Made by a program: the position numbers and the translations under genes. Below the pieces are notes generated by a model, which saw only the letters and a list, made by a program, of their open reading frames with translations, did no database searches and was not told the DNA's origin. From Fidelibacterota bacterium (lineage in GTDB: Bacteria > Fidelibacterota > Fidelibacteria > Fidelibacterales > Fidelibacteraceae): DNA of 56,770 bases. This document shows positions 30,258-40,200 of this stretch, piece after piece. Positions within the stretch are counted from its first letter, which is position 1. Each line of letters starts with the position of its first letter. The stretch lies in contig JAGYLW010000001.1 of NCBI GenBank assembly GCA_018400915.1, positions 1-56,770 of the forward strand, given 5' to 3'.

Positions 30258-31515
30258 CTTTTTTTTCATCCTCCTTTTCAGCATGCTTCCCGCCCAGCAG
30301 CTTGTTGACGGGATCGCCGCCATTGTCGGGGAAGACATTATCCTTTATTCTGAAATGAATCAGTACGCCTTTGAGCTTGCACAGCAGAACGGCATAGACC
30401 CCTCCAAAAACCCCGAAGTCTTTAGTTCTCTTCAGGAAAAAGCCCTGAAGGACATGATAGATTCCAAGATACTGCTTCTGCAGGCGGAAGAAGATTCCAT
30501 CGAGGTCAGTGAGCGCAATATAGAGAAAACCCTGGAACAGCAGATGCAGCAGTACGTGCAAATGGCCGGTTCGGAAGAAATGCTTGAGATGTACTTCGAC
30601 ACCCCGATGAAAAAGATTCGCGAACTGCTTTACGAACGTATTAAAAGCTCCATGATCTCGCAGCAGCTTCAGAATGAAAAATTCGAGAAGATCAGTATCA
30701 CCCGCCCCGAAGTGGGCGCCTTCTACCGCGAAAACAAAGACTCCATCCCGGACCTTCCCGAGCGGATCGACATTCACCATATCCTGATGACGGAAAAACC
30801 GTCCCGCGCATCCAGGGATGCCGGTTACCGGCGCGCCCTGTCCGTGCGTGAAGATATTCTTGACAATAAGGCAAGCTTTGAAGAGGCTGCGAGAAAATAT
30901 TCCGAGGACCCCGGTTCCGCCGAAGACGGCGGTGACCTCGGCTTTGTCTCGAAAGGGACCTTTGTCCCCGAATTCGAAAAAGCCGCCTTTTCCCTCGGGA
31001 AGGGTGAAATATCCATGCCCGTTGAAACACAGTTCGGATACCACCTTATAAAAGTGGTCGAAAAACGCGGAGACCTGGTTCATGCCCGGCATATTCTTTT
31101 TCCCATTCACTCCAGTGAAAATGACAACAAAGAAGTTATCAACATGTTATCCACAATCCGGGACAGCATTATTGAACAGGGAAATTTTGAGGAGTTTGCC
31201 CGCAGATACAGTGAGGATCCCGATGCTGAGGCTAATGGCGGACACCTGGGAAAGATCGCACTGGAGACCATGCAGGTCCCCGAATTCGCGGCGATTGCCG
31301 ATACGCTTGAACCCGGTGAGATATCCACACCCTTCAAGACAGAGTACGGCTATCATATCTTGCGCCTTAACAAGAGGTTAGAGCCGGAAGAGATTACGCT
31401 TGAAAACCATTATCCCACTCTTGAGAACATGGCCCTGAGGGACAAACAGATGCGTTTCTGGAATGCGTGGATGGATAAACTTTACGAAAAATACTATGTG
31501 GAAACAAAGCTCTGA
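30229..31515 (+). CDS. surA: SurA-like chaperone with two parvulin domains
   Basis: Signal peptide, then DGIAAIVGEDIILYSE (SurA N-domain) and two rotamase cores (IHHILM..GDLGFVSKGTFVPEFEKAAFSL..GYHLIKV and ARHILF..GGHLGKIALETMQVPEFA..GYHILRL). Confidence 0.85.
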   Translation: MLKFSKYLLSFFFILLFSMLPAQQLVDGIAAIVGEDIILYSEMNQYAFELAQQNGIDPSKNPEVFSSLQEKALKDMIDSKILLLQAEEDSIEVSERNIEKTLEQQMQQYVQMAGSEEMLEMYFDTPMKKIRELLYERIKSSMISQQLQNEKFEKISITRPEVGAFYRENKDSIPDLPERIDIHHILMTEKPSRASRDAGYRRALSVREDILDNKASFEEAARKYSEDPGSAEDGGDLGFVSKGTFVPEFEKAAFSLGKGEISMPVETQFGYHLIKVVEKRGDLVHARHILFPIHSSENDNKEVINMLSTIRDSIIEQGNFEEFARRYSEDPDAEANGGHLGKIALETMQVPEFAAIADTLEPGEISTPFKTEYGYHILRLNKRLEPEEITLENHYPTLENMALRDKQMRFWNAWMDKLYEKYYVETKL

Positions 31516-31750
31516 AATATGAATAAGTCCTTTCAAGTTACATCCTTTCTCCCGGTACCGTGTTTTCCGGCCGGTTTATCCACATTCACCTTTCACTTAT
31601 CCACTTTACACTTCTGTTGATAACCTTCTCATTTTAAGTTCAATTTAAAAAGTATTCACGAAATTCACATGATTAAGAATTTTATTATGTATTTTAAGGA
31701 AAAAGATATTAAATTCAATAACGTAATAAAGAAAGCGTTAGAGGTGTCCA
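31516..31750. other. candidate oriC segment: DnaA-box cluster plus AT-rich tract upstream of dnaN
   Basis: TTATCCACA (31576-31584, perfect consensus), TTATCCACT (31597-31605, one mismatch) and the inverted TGTTGATAA (31615-31623, one mismatch to TGTGGATAA), followed by a strongly AT-rich stretch of about 110 bp (31630-31740). Confidence 0.4.
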
Positions 31751-32863
31751 ATGAAATTCACGGTTTCAAAGCAAGACTTTTTTCAGGTCCTTCAGAAGGT
31801 TTCCAATGTAACACCCGTTCGGTCCACTCTTCCCATCCTGGGCTGCATCCTGTTCACGGTAAGGGACAACACCCTTAAAATGCGTTCGACGGATCTTGAG
31901 ATAACCATGGCGGCAAGCTGCGGGATCAAAATGGAAGAAGAGGGAGCGGTCGCCGTTCCCAGCAGGATCATCAAGGAGATAACGGGAGAGCTTCCCGATA
32001 CGGACCTTCATTTTCAGGTAGAGAATGAACAGATCGTCATCACCACCGGCGAAGGGGGTGAATACAAGATCATGGGACATCCCGCAATGGAGTTTCCGAC
32101 GGAGCCCGTCATTGACGACAGTAAGACGGTGACACTTCAGGCGGAGAAATTCAAACGTATCGTGGAAAAAACCGGTTTTTCCGTAAGCCGTGATGAGATG
32201 AAGGTTGCGCTGAACGGAGTGCTTTTCCAGTTCTATGAAAAGGAAATGCGTTCCGTATCCACGGACGGGCACCGCCTGGTGAAATATACGCTGAAAGAAT
32301 TTGAAGGCGCAGATGACATAAAGGACATTATTATCCCCCCGAAATTTTTGAATTTGTGCGTGAACAGTATAAAGAACATCGATTACGTAACCCTCCGCAT
32401 CGGCAGCAACCACGTCATGCTGGAACTTGAGGACACCACGGTATACTCACGCATTATTGAGGAGCGCTTTCCGGATTACGAGAGCGTGATACCCGCAGAG
32501 AACGACAAAAGGATCTTTGTGGACATAGACGAGCTGCTTGCCGTGGTGAAACGGGTGGGTATTTTTGCCAGCAAGAACACACGCCAGATATCACTGACCT
32601 TTCTGAATAACAAAGCGATCGTAAAAGCGGAGGACATCGAGACCTCTTCACGCGCAAAAGAGGAGATCGCCCTAAAATACGAGGGAGAGGAATTCACGAT
32701 CGGATACAATTCCGACTATCTCCGTGAGATGATCCGCCATATCGACGGCGATACCGTTGAGATCAATCTGAAGAATGCTTTAATGGCGGGACTTTTCTTC
32801 CCTACGGAGCAGAAAGCGGACGAAGAGATCCTGTTTCTGCTGATGCCGATCAGGTTAATGTAA
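31751..32863 (+). CDS. dnaN: DNA polymerase III beta sliding clamp
   Basis: MKFTVSKQDFFQVLQKVSNVTPVRSTLPILGCILF.., three-domain length (370 aa), and the C-terminal LLMPIRL motif. Confidence 0.93.
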   Translation: MKFTVSKQDFFQVLQKVSNVTPVRSTLPILGCILFTVRDNTLKMRSTDLEITMAASCGIKMEEEGAVAVPSRIIKEITGELPDTDLHFQVENEQIVITTGEGGEYKIMGHPAMEFPTEPVIDDSKTVTLQAEKFKRIVEKTGFSVSRDEMKVALNGVLFQFYEKEMRSVSTDGHRLVKYTLKEFEGADDIKDIIIPPKFLNLCVNSIKNIDYVTLRIGSNHVMLELEDTTVYSRIIEERFPDYESVIPAENDKRIFVDIDELLAVVKRVGIFASKNTRQISLTFLNNKAIVKAEDIETSSRAKEEIALKYEGEEFTIGYNSDYLREMIRHIDGDTVEINLKNALMAGLFFPTEQKADEEILFLLMPIRLM

Positions 32864-32889
32864 AAACACGAACGTTTATAGGGAAAACA

Positions 32890-33570
32890 ATGAAAAAGGC
32901 CGTACTTTTTCTTTTTATCGTGCCGCTGTTTTTTTCCTGCTCTTCATTTATCTACTACCCGAATGGTGCGAACGCCCCGCTCCTCACGGAAAAGGGAGAA
33001 ACCCGGATCGGGCTAGCTTTTAAAGGTTTCGGCGGCGATATTCGCACCGCATATGCCGTAAATGATCACCTGGGGGTGCAGTTTAACGCGAATCTTCTGA
33101 ATGTGACAAATACGGAGCTCGGTACACACTACCGTAACGGAAACTGCTATGCAGAAGGAGCGGCCGGCTTCTTCAGGCCGCTGACCCGCAGGATCGTCTT
33201 TGAAGCCTATGCCGGAGCCGGCACGGGAGTAAGCTTTTCGGAAAACCTTGACAGCGGTACCCGGCGCAGAAGCCGGTATCATAAGCTCTACCTCCAGCAG
33301 AATATCGGATTAAAGGGAAAACTGATCGATTTTGGTCTGGCACTGCGGGAGGCGTACGTAAATGTTTACAGGACGGAATACAACGGTACCGGAACGGAAG
33401 AATATTCCATGGACCTGTTCCTGGAGCCCGTCCTCTTTCTCGGGATCGGATTTGAAAAATTCAGGATCAGTGCCCAGGCGGGTATTTCCGACAGTCAGTT
33501 TTCCTGGATAAACAGTTATCCCCCCTTTATTGTTTCTGCCGGTATTGAATCGAGGTTCACATTTAAATAA
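32890..33570 (+). CDS. putative outer-membrane beta-barrel lipoprotein
   Basis: Signal plus lipobox LFFSCSS. Alternating hydrophobic/polar beta-strand pattern, aromatic-rich, with a C-terminal ..SRFTFK. Confidence 0.45.
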   Translation: MKKAVLFLFIVPLFFSCSSFIYYPNGANAPLLTEKGETRIGLAFKGFGGDIRTAYAVNDHLGVQFNANLLNVTNTELGTHYRNGNCYAEGAAGFFRPLTRRIVFEAYAGAGTGVSFSENLDSGTRRRSRYHKLYLQQNIGLKGKLIDFGLALREAYVNVYRTEYNGTGTEEYSMDLFLEPVLFLGIGFEKFRISAQAGISDSQFSWINSYPPFIVSAGIESRFTFK

Positions 33571-33668
33571 AAAGCTTTTCCGGTACGGAATATTTTGCAA
33601 AAACATGGATAAAAGGCAGGTATTTTACCCGAAGCTGTTTATATTACAGCGGAAAACACACAAACGGT

Positions 33669-34766
33669 ATGATCAGAAAATTATATGTAAAACAGTTCAG
33701 GATCTTTGATGAAAAAACCGTGTATCTTTTTCCGGGCATCAATATCATCCTCGGAAAGAACGGCACCGGAAAGACCTCTTTGCTGGAGGCTGTATATTTC
33801 ATGAATTTCAGCAAATCCTTTAAGGCGCCCCGGGATGATGACATGGTACAGAGAGGGAAGGATTATTTTCAGATATACACGGAATGGGAACAGGCGGAAT
33901 ATCACCGAGCCAGCGGAAACTTTCTCAGGAACAAAGGCAAAAGGTTCATCTTTGACGGAGAAACGCTGACGAAGATCTCCGACGTGGTGGGCAGCTTTCC
34001 CATGGTCTTTCAGTCTCCCGAGGATTACAGGGTGACCTCCGGTCCCGGTGCCGAACGCCGCATTTATTTTGACAGGATCATTTCACAGGTATCCAGAAAG
34101 TATCTTCAGGACATGATGCAGTACCGGAAAGTACTGAAAAACCGTAACGCGTACCTGAAACAGCTTTGCGAGTCAAAAAAACACCGTTACACCCGGCAGC
34201 TCGAGATATATGACATACAGCTTATTCCGCTTATCCGCCGCATCACAACAATGCGGGAAAAGGTCATCGGCCTTTTCAACCGGCATCTTAAAATACTGTA
34301 CGGTGAGATTTTTAACGATGCGGGCGTTGGAAAGATACGCTATAAGCCCTCTGTGCAAATTGCAGAGAACAGCGATACGGAGCAAATACGAAAGGAGCAG
34401 AGCGAAAAACAGGTTGAAAAAGAAATTGCCCTGAAACGGACCTTATGGGGTCCCAATTACGATCAATATGTTTTTTACCGCAATGACGTTCCGCTGATCC
34501 ATTACGCTTCCCAGGGAGAGCACAAGATCTGGATGACCCTTCTCAAGCTGGCGGAGGGAGAGATCATCCGTTCGCGCGAAAAGGCAGAGCCGGTGTTTTT
34601 GTTTGATGATCTTTTCGCTGAGCTCGATGTCGGCAACAGCCGGAGGATCGTGGAAAACATCATGACAAAAAAACAGGCCCTGATCACCACGACGGACCTC
34701 AATGACCTCCGACGTCACGGGGTGAAGACCGGGGAAAAGGATATTCACATCATCGAGATCCCCTGA
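33669..34766 (+). CDS. recF: DNA replication and repair protein RecF
   Basis: Walker A GKNGTGKTSLLEA, signature SQGEHK, and Walker B/D-loop VFLFDDLFAELD. 365 aa. Confidence 0.92.
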   Translation: MIRKLYVKQFRIFDEKTVYLFPGINIILGKNGTGKTSLLEAVYFMNFSKSFKAPRDDDMVQRGKDYFQIYTEWEQAEYHRASGNFLRNKGKRFIFDGETLTKISDVVGSFPMVFQSPEDYRVTSGPGAERRIYFDRIISQVSRKYLQDMMQYRKVLKNRNAYLKQLCESKKHRYTRQLEIYDIQLIPLIRRITTMREKVIGLFNRHLKILYGEIFNDAGVGKIRYKPSVQIAENSDTEQIRKEQSEKQVEKEIALKRTLWGPNYDQYVFYRNDVPLIHYASQGEHKIWMTLLKLAEGEIIRSREKAEPVFLFDDLFAELDVGNSRRIVENIMTKKQALITTTDLNDLRRHGVKTGEKDIHIIEIP

Positions 34767-34834
34767 CCGGGCGCAGGATAAAAAGTTATTTAATTCAGGG
34801 CATTTATTGACTATATTTTCGGATCGGAAAAAGT

Positions 34835-35662
34835 ATGGACATTAAACACAGACAAAGACTGCTCATCGGCTTTCTCGGAGCGCCGCTGATACTTCTGTCC
34901 GCGTGGTTCGGAGGAATATGGTTCCTGCTTGCCGTAAGTATCATCGCCGCTTTCTCGGTGTATGAACTTTTAAAAATGGTGCACTACCCTCCCCGCGTGC
35001 TGACCATCCTTGCTCTGTTCATGACCCCCCTGAGCCTTCTGGCAATGTATTATAAAAAGCTCGACCTCGTTATCGTGATCCTTCTTCTGACGGCCGTCTT
35101 CACGAATATCAGCCTGCTTTTCTACAAAAAGAGCGAATATCTGAAAACCTCCTTTGTCGGCATCGGCTCGATCCTGTATCCGGGACTCTGCCTGGGGACC
35201 ATGATCCTGCTGAGGAACATGCAGCTGGACGGTGCTGCCGCCGGCGAATCCGGAAGGAATATCGTGCTGACGCTGATACTGGGTGTGTTCTCCACCGATA
35301 TTGCTGCCTATTACACCGGAAAATATCTCGGAAGACACCCGCTCTTTCCTTCTGTCAGCCCCAAAAAGACCTATGAAGGCTCCCTGGGCGGGATCCTGTT
35401 CTGCAGCATTACCATGATCATCCTCTGGCGGATCGGTTTCGTCTCCGCCTTCGGGCCGTTCGACTATCTTTCCGTAGCGATCTTTGCCGGCGTTTTCGGG
35501 CAGATGGGGGACCTGGTGGAATCAAAGATCAAAAGGGAGATCGGCGTAAAGGATTCATCCAGCATACTGCTGGAGCACGGCGGTTTCCTGGACCGCTTCG
35601 ATTCACTTTCTGTCGCCGCACCGCTGTACTGGACCTATATTTATTTAAAATTTTTCGTTTAA
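34835..35662 (+). CDS. cdsA: phosphatidate cytidylyltransferase
   Basis: Polytopic membrane protein with the CTP-transferase signature SKIKREIGVKDSSSILLEHGGFLDRFDS. Confidence 0.9.
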   Translation: MDIKHRQRLLIGFLGAPLILLSAWFGGIWFLLAVSIIAAFSVYELLKMVHYPPRVLTILALFMTPLSLLAMYYKKLDLVIVILLLTAVFTNISLLFYKKSEYLKTSFVGIGSILYPGLCLGTMILLRNMQLDGAAAGESGRNIVLTLILGVFSTDIAAYYTGKYLGRHPLFPSVSPKKTYEGSLGGILFCSITMIILWRIGFVSAFGPFDYLSVAIFAGVFGQMGDLVESKIKREIGVKDSSSILLEHGGFLDRFDSLSVAAPLYWTYIYLKFFV

Positions 35663-35698
35663 GGTGGTTTTTTATTGAAAAAATTATACATTATAAGC

Positions 35699-35728
35699 TT
35701 GACTGAAAGAAAAAAAACAGCATAAAAA
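35699..35728 (+). promoter_or_regulatory. candidate sigma70-type promoter of the 35764-41219 operon
   Basis: TTGACT (35699-35704), a 17/18-nt spacer, then ATAAAA/TAAAAA (35722-35728), in an AT-rich gap. GAGGA RBS at 35754-58. Confidence 0.35.
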
Positions 35729-35763
35729 TATTTATCTGAAGATAAAAGTAAAATGAGGACCTT

Positions 35764-37581
35764 ATGAAACCGGAAGCCATCAAATCCATTTTAGCAACGG
35801 ACTGTGGAAGCACGACAACAAAAGCGATCCTGATAGAAAAGCAGGGAGACGAGTATCGCCTTGTTGTGCGCGGCGAAGCGCCCACGACCGTGGAAGCACC
35901 CTTTGAGGATGTAACGAAAGGCGTGTTAAATGCCGTAAAGGAAGTTGAAGAACTCCGAGGCCGTCAGATACTGGACGGAGACCAGATCATGAGCCCGCAG
36001 AAGGACGACAAGGGTGTGGATATTTATATTTCCACCAGTTCCGCGGGCGGGGGACTGCAGATGGTGGTGTCGGGCATCGTAAAAGCCATGAGCGCCGAGT
36101 CCGCCGAACGCGCCGCACTCGGAGCGGGCGCGATCGTCATGGATGTGATCGCCTCCAACGACGGACGCCTCCCGCACGAGAAGATACAGCGAATCCGTCA
36201 TTTGCGCCCGGACATGATCCTGCTTTCCGGAGGGACGGACTCCGGCAATATCAAGGGCGTTGTGGAGCTTTCCGAATTACTGAGAGCCGCCAATCCCAAA
36301 CCGCGCCTGGGCATCAACTACAAATTACCGGTCATATACGCCGGGAATAAAACGGCAAAAAAAGAGATCGAGAAAAACCTTGGCGAAGTTACCGACCTCA
36401 GCGTCGTGCCGAATCTCCGGCCTATCCTTGAACGCGAAAACCTGGGCCCCGCCCGTGACAAGATCCATGATCTTTTCATGGAACACGTGATGGCTCAGGC
36501 GCCCGGTTACAAGAAGCTCATGGCAATGTGCGACGCGCCCATCATGCCCACTCCCGGCGCTGTGGGTGAGATCATGCAGGTCATTGCGAAAAAAGAAGAC
36601 ATTACCGTTCTCGGTGTGGACATCGGGGGCGCGACCACGGACGTCTTTTCCGTATTCCGCGACCTGGAGACCCGGGAGCCGGTGTTCAACCGTACGGTCA
36701 GCGCCAATCTCGGGATGAGCTATTCCATTTCCAACGTACTGGCTTCGGCCACTCTGCCGAGCATACTGCGCTGGGTGCCCTTCGAGATCGATGAGGTCGA
36801 CCTGCGGAACCGTATCGGGAATAAGATGATCCGCCCGACAACGATCCCGCAGTCACTGGATGAATTGAAGATCGAACAGGCCATTGCCCGCGAGGCGCTG
36901 CGGCTTTCCTTTGTCCAGCATAAGGAATTCGCGGTAGGCCTGAAAGGGGTGCAGAAGGAACGGACGATTTCCGATGCCTTTGACCAGTCCGGTTCCGGCG
37001 AAACGCTGGTCAACATGATGGACCTGGATATCATTGTCGGATCGGGCGGCGTCCTTTCGCATGCTCCTCGCCGGCATCAGTCCGCCCGTATGATGATCGA
37101 CTCCTTCCTGCCGGAAGGCATCACGCAGATAGCGGTCGATTCGATCTTCATGATGCCCCAGCTGGGCGTGCTTGCCGATGTGCATGAAAAGGCGGCGACC
37201 GAAGTGTTCAACAAAGACTGTCTTTTGCGCCTGGGAACCTGCGTCGCTCCTGTCGGATCGGTCAAGCCCAAAAAAGAGTATATGCACATATCCTTCACCC
37301 TTCCCGACGGCAGGAAGGTTGACAGATCATACAAGCTCGGGGAAATGGAACTCTTCGAAGCACCCTATGAACCCATTGAAGCGGAGATTACCCCCGGACG
37401 CGGCGTTGATGTGGGATCGGGGCCCGGACAGACGGTAAAGACCACGATCTACGGCGGCCTGGTCGGCATCATCATCGACGCGCGCGGCAGGCGACCTTTC
37501 GTACTTCCGGAAAATCCCGCGGAACGCGTGAAAAAGCTTCAGGAATGGAGCAAGGCGATCAAGGAATTCGAAGATAAATAG
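35764..37581 (+). CDS. GlmL/MutL-family (glutamate mutase L-like) ASKHA actin-fold ATPase
   Basis: Phosphate-1 LATDCGSTTTKAILIE, phosphate-2 GVDIGGATTDVFSV and adenosine motif IVGSGGVLSHAP. 605 aa, no signal peptide. Confidence 0.6.
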   Translation: MKPEAIKSILATDCGSTTTKAILIEKQGDEYRLVVRGEAPTTVEAPFEDVTKGVLNAVKEVEELRGRQILDGDQIMSPQKDDKGVDIYISTSSAGGGLQMVVSGIVKAMSAESAERAALGAGAIVMDVIASNDGRLPHEKIQRIRHLRPDMILLSGGTDSGNIKGVVELSELLRAANPKPRLGINYKLPVIYAGNKTAKKEIEKNLGEVTDLSVVPNLRPILERENLGPARDKIHDLFMEHVMAQAPGYKKLMAMCDAPIMPTPGAVGEIMQVIAKKEDITVLGVDIGGATTDVFSVFRDLETREPVFNRTVSANLGMSYSISNVLASATLPSILRWVPFEIDEVDLRNRIGNKMIRPTTIPQSLDELKIEQAIAREALRLSFVQHKEFAVGLKGVQKERTISDAFDQSGSGETLVNMMDLDIIVGSGGVLSHAPRRHQSARMMIDSFLPEGITQIAVDSIFMMPQLGVLADVHEKAATEVFNKDCLLRLGTCVAPVGSVKPKKEYMHISFTLPDGRKVDRSYKLGEMELFEAPYEPIEAEITPGRGVDVGSGPGQTVKTTIYGGLVGIIIDARGRRPFVLPENPAERVKKLQEWSKAIKEFEDK

Positions 37582-37623
37582 TTGAAGTGCAGACTTCGGC
37601 GTTTATAATAAAAAGGAGAGATT

Positions 37624-38751
37624 ATGGCACATGCATATACGCCCGGACTGAAAGTGATCCCAAAGACCGTTGTCCACAAAACGCGGCAGCTCCCGCTCAA
37701 GGGGGATGTCGTTGTCAAAAAGGGACAGACCGTTACCGCGGAAGATGTTGTGGCGAAAACGGACCTTCCGGGAAATGTCGTTCCGATCAATCTGGCGAAC
37801 CTGCTGAATGTTGAGGCCAGTGAGATCCCGGAACTTCTCAACAGAAAACCCGGCGACAAAGTGGAAAAGCACGAGATTATCGCAGAAACACCGGGGATCT
37901 TCGGAATGTTCAAGAGTAAAGCCCATTCACCGACGAGCGGCACACTGGAAGCGGTCTCAAAGATCACCGGACAGGCGATCATTCGTGAAGCGCCAATCCC
38001 CGTTTCCGTGCAGGCCTATATCAATGGAAAGGTGACGGAGATCATTCCCGATGAGGGTGTGGAGGTCAGCACAACCGCTTCATTTATTCAGGGAATTTTC
38101 GGTATCGGCGGGGAACGCCGGGGAATTATCAAGGTCCTGGCCCCCGATACGGAAACCCGGATCACGGAAGCAATGATCACTGAGGAATGCAAGGGAAAAG
38201 TGCTGATCTGCGGCTCATTTCTCACTCACAAAGCATTTCTGAAGGCGCAGGAAGTCGGTGCTGTCGGCGTCGTGGTCGGCGGTTTCAATTACAGCGATAT
38301 TAAAAAGATCGTCGGATACGACATCGGCGTGGCGATTACAGGGCAGGAAGAAACAGACACCTCACTGATCATCACGGAGGGTTTCGGGGAAGTCTGCATG
38401 GCAAAACACACCTTCGAACTCCTGAAATCCCAGGAAGGCAAGAGCGCTTCCATCAACGGTGCCACACAGATCCGGGCCGGCGTGATACGTCCCGAGATCA
38501 TTATTCCCCTGGAAGGCGATGAAAAATTCGAAGAGAAAAAAGCGGAGCTTTTCGGACTGGATAGCGGGACCGAGGTCCGTGTCATCCGCGCACCGTATTT
38601 CGGTATGCTGGGAGAGGTCGTGGAAATGCCGCATGAACTCCAGCGCCTGGAATCGGGATCGCTGGCCAGGGTGGCGAAGATCCGGCTCTATGAGAACAAG
38701 AAAGAGGTCCTTCTACCCCGCGCCAATCTTGAAATGATCGAAAAAATATAG
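37624..38751 (+). CDS. uncharacterised cytoplasmic protein with barrel-sandwich-hybrid-like N-terminal region
   Basis: 375 aa, 42 nt after the ATPase gene, with RBS AAAGGAGAG. GDVVVKKGQTVTAEDVVAKTDLPG .. SPTSGTLEAVSKITGQAIIRE resembles split lipoyl/hybrid-barrel motifs. I recognise no catalytic signature. Confidence 0.4.
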   Translation: MAHAYTPGLKVIPKTVVHKTRQLPLKGDVVVKKGQTVTAEDVVAKTDLPGNVVPINLANLLNVEASEIPELLNRKPGDKVEKHEIIAETPGIFGMFKSKAHSPTSGTLEAVSKITGQAIIREAPIPVSVQAYINGKVTEIIPDEGVEVSTTASFIQGIFGIGGERRGIIKVLAPDTETRITEAMITEECKGKVLICGSFLTHKAFLKAQEVGAVGVVVGGFNYSDIKKIVGYDIGVAITGQEETDTSLIITEGFGEVCMAKHTFELLKSQEGKSASINGATQIRAGVIRPEIIIPLEGDEKFEEKKAELFGLDSGTEVRVIRAPYFGMLGEVVEMPHELQRLESGSLARVAKIRLYENKKEVLLPRANLEMIEKI

Positions 38752-38760
38752 GGGCCGCTT

Positions 38761-40200
38761 ATGAAAAAGAGAAAAGGGCTGTTCCTCTTGCTGGCCGTTG
38801 TCCTTTTCACGGCCGGATGTCAGAGCATTGACGAACATATGGAGAAGGGACAATTTGACATGGCGGAAACAAAGATCAATAAAAAGATCATCTCCGGAAC
38901 ATTAGATCCCCTGCAACGTATCGAACTCGAGAATAAAAAGGAAATAATGCGCCGTACAGCAATGGATTTTAACAAAAGCCGCGAAGATATCCTCCCCTAC
39001 ATTGAACAGTACTATCCCGATGTCAGCGACCGCCAGATCCGGGCCTGGGAGGAAAGCAAAGCCCTGGAATACATGATCATTAACGGTGAAAAAAAATATT
39101 TCGCACGGGCCGCCCGGAACCTTTTTCGCATTGACAAAGAAGCGAAAGCGCGGAAGACCGAAGTGGACGGCAGGCAGAAAGACCGGCTGGACGCTTTTCT
39201 TGAAGAATACATTCCCGCCCTGCTCGGGGATCTGAGGGAACAGGGAGAGATCACCGGAAAAGCCCATAAAATGAAGTTCACCTATACGCTGACGGTGGAC
39301 GCGGACGCCGTTCCGGACGGGGAGACGGTCCGCTGCTGGCTTCCTTTCCCGCGCGAGGGCAATCCGCGGCAGGAAGGGATCGCGCTGCTTTCCGCCAATG
39401 CCGATCATTACGTTCTTGCCCCCAATGATTTTCTGCAGCGTACGCTGTACATGCAGAAAACGGCCGCCGCCGGGGAGCCGACGGTCTTTGAGGCCGACTT
39501 TACCATCACGACGCGGGCCCAGTGGTTTGACCCGCAGCGTGCGGACATTCAGCCCTATGACAAACATTCGGAACGTTATAAACGATTCACGGAAGAACGG
39601 GACCCGCACCTGCTCTTTACGGAGCCGGTGAAAAAATTGTCCCGGAAGATCGTGGGCGATGAAAAGGACCCCTATCAGATTGCCCGGAAGATCTTTAAAT
39701 ATGTCAACGACCATTATCCCTGGGCCAGCGCCCGCGAATATGCGACGATCGGAAACATCCCCGAATATGTGATCGAGAACAAACACGGGGACTGCGGACA
39801 GGTCACGTTGCTCTTTATGGTCCTTGCCCGCTACAACGGCATTCCCGCCCGCTGGCAGAGCGGCTGGATGCTGCATCCGGGAAGCAAAAATCTCCACGAC
39901 TGGTGTGAGATCTATTTTGAAGGCATCGGATGGGTGCCGGTTGACCAGTCCTTCGGACTTGTCAATTCGGAAGACGAGGACGTGCACTGGTTTTACCTGG
40001 GAGGCCTTGATGCCTACCGCCTGATCGTGAATGATGATTACGCCAGGACCCTCTTTCCCGCAAAGCAATTCATGCGAAGCGAAACGAATGACTTTCAGCG
40101 AGGTGAGGTGGAATGGCGCGGGGGAAACCTGTATTTTGACCAGTGGGACTATCATTTGGAAATTGAATATATTAACCCAAAAGAAAGGAAATCTTCATGA
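38761..40200 (+). CDS. transglutaminase-like cysteine protease-fold lipoprotein
   Basis: Lipoprotein signal LLLAVVLFTAGC. The Cys-His-Asp core is readable as HGDCGQVT, LHDWCEIYF and WVPVDQS. Confidence 0.7.
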   Translation: MKKRKGLFLLLAVVLFTAGCQSIDEHMEKGQFDMAETKINKKIISGTLDPLQRIELENKKEIMRRTAMDFNKSREDILPYIEQYYPDVSDRQIRAWEESKALEYMIINGEKKYFARAARNLFRIDKEAKARKTEVDGRQKDRLDAFLEEYIPALLGDLREQGEITGKAHKMKFTYTLTVDADAVPDGETVRCWLPFPREGNPRQEGIALLSANADHYVLAPNDFLQRTLYMQKTAAAGEPTVFEADFTITTRAQWFDPQRADIQPYDKHSERYKRFTEERDPHLLFTEPVKKLSRKIVGDEKDPYQIARKIFKYVNDHYPWASAREYATIGNIPEYVIENKHGDCGQVTLLFMVLARYNGIPARWQSGWMLHPGSKNLHDWCEIYFEGIGWVPVDQSFGLVNSEDEDVHWFYLGGLDAYRLIVNDDYARTLFPAKQFMRSETNDFQRGEVEWRGGNLYFDQWDYHLEIEYINPKERKSS

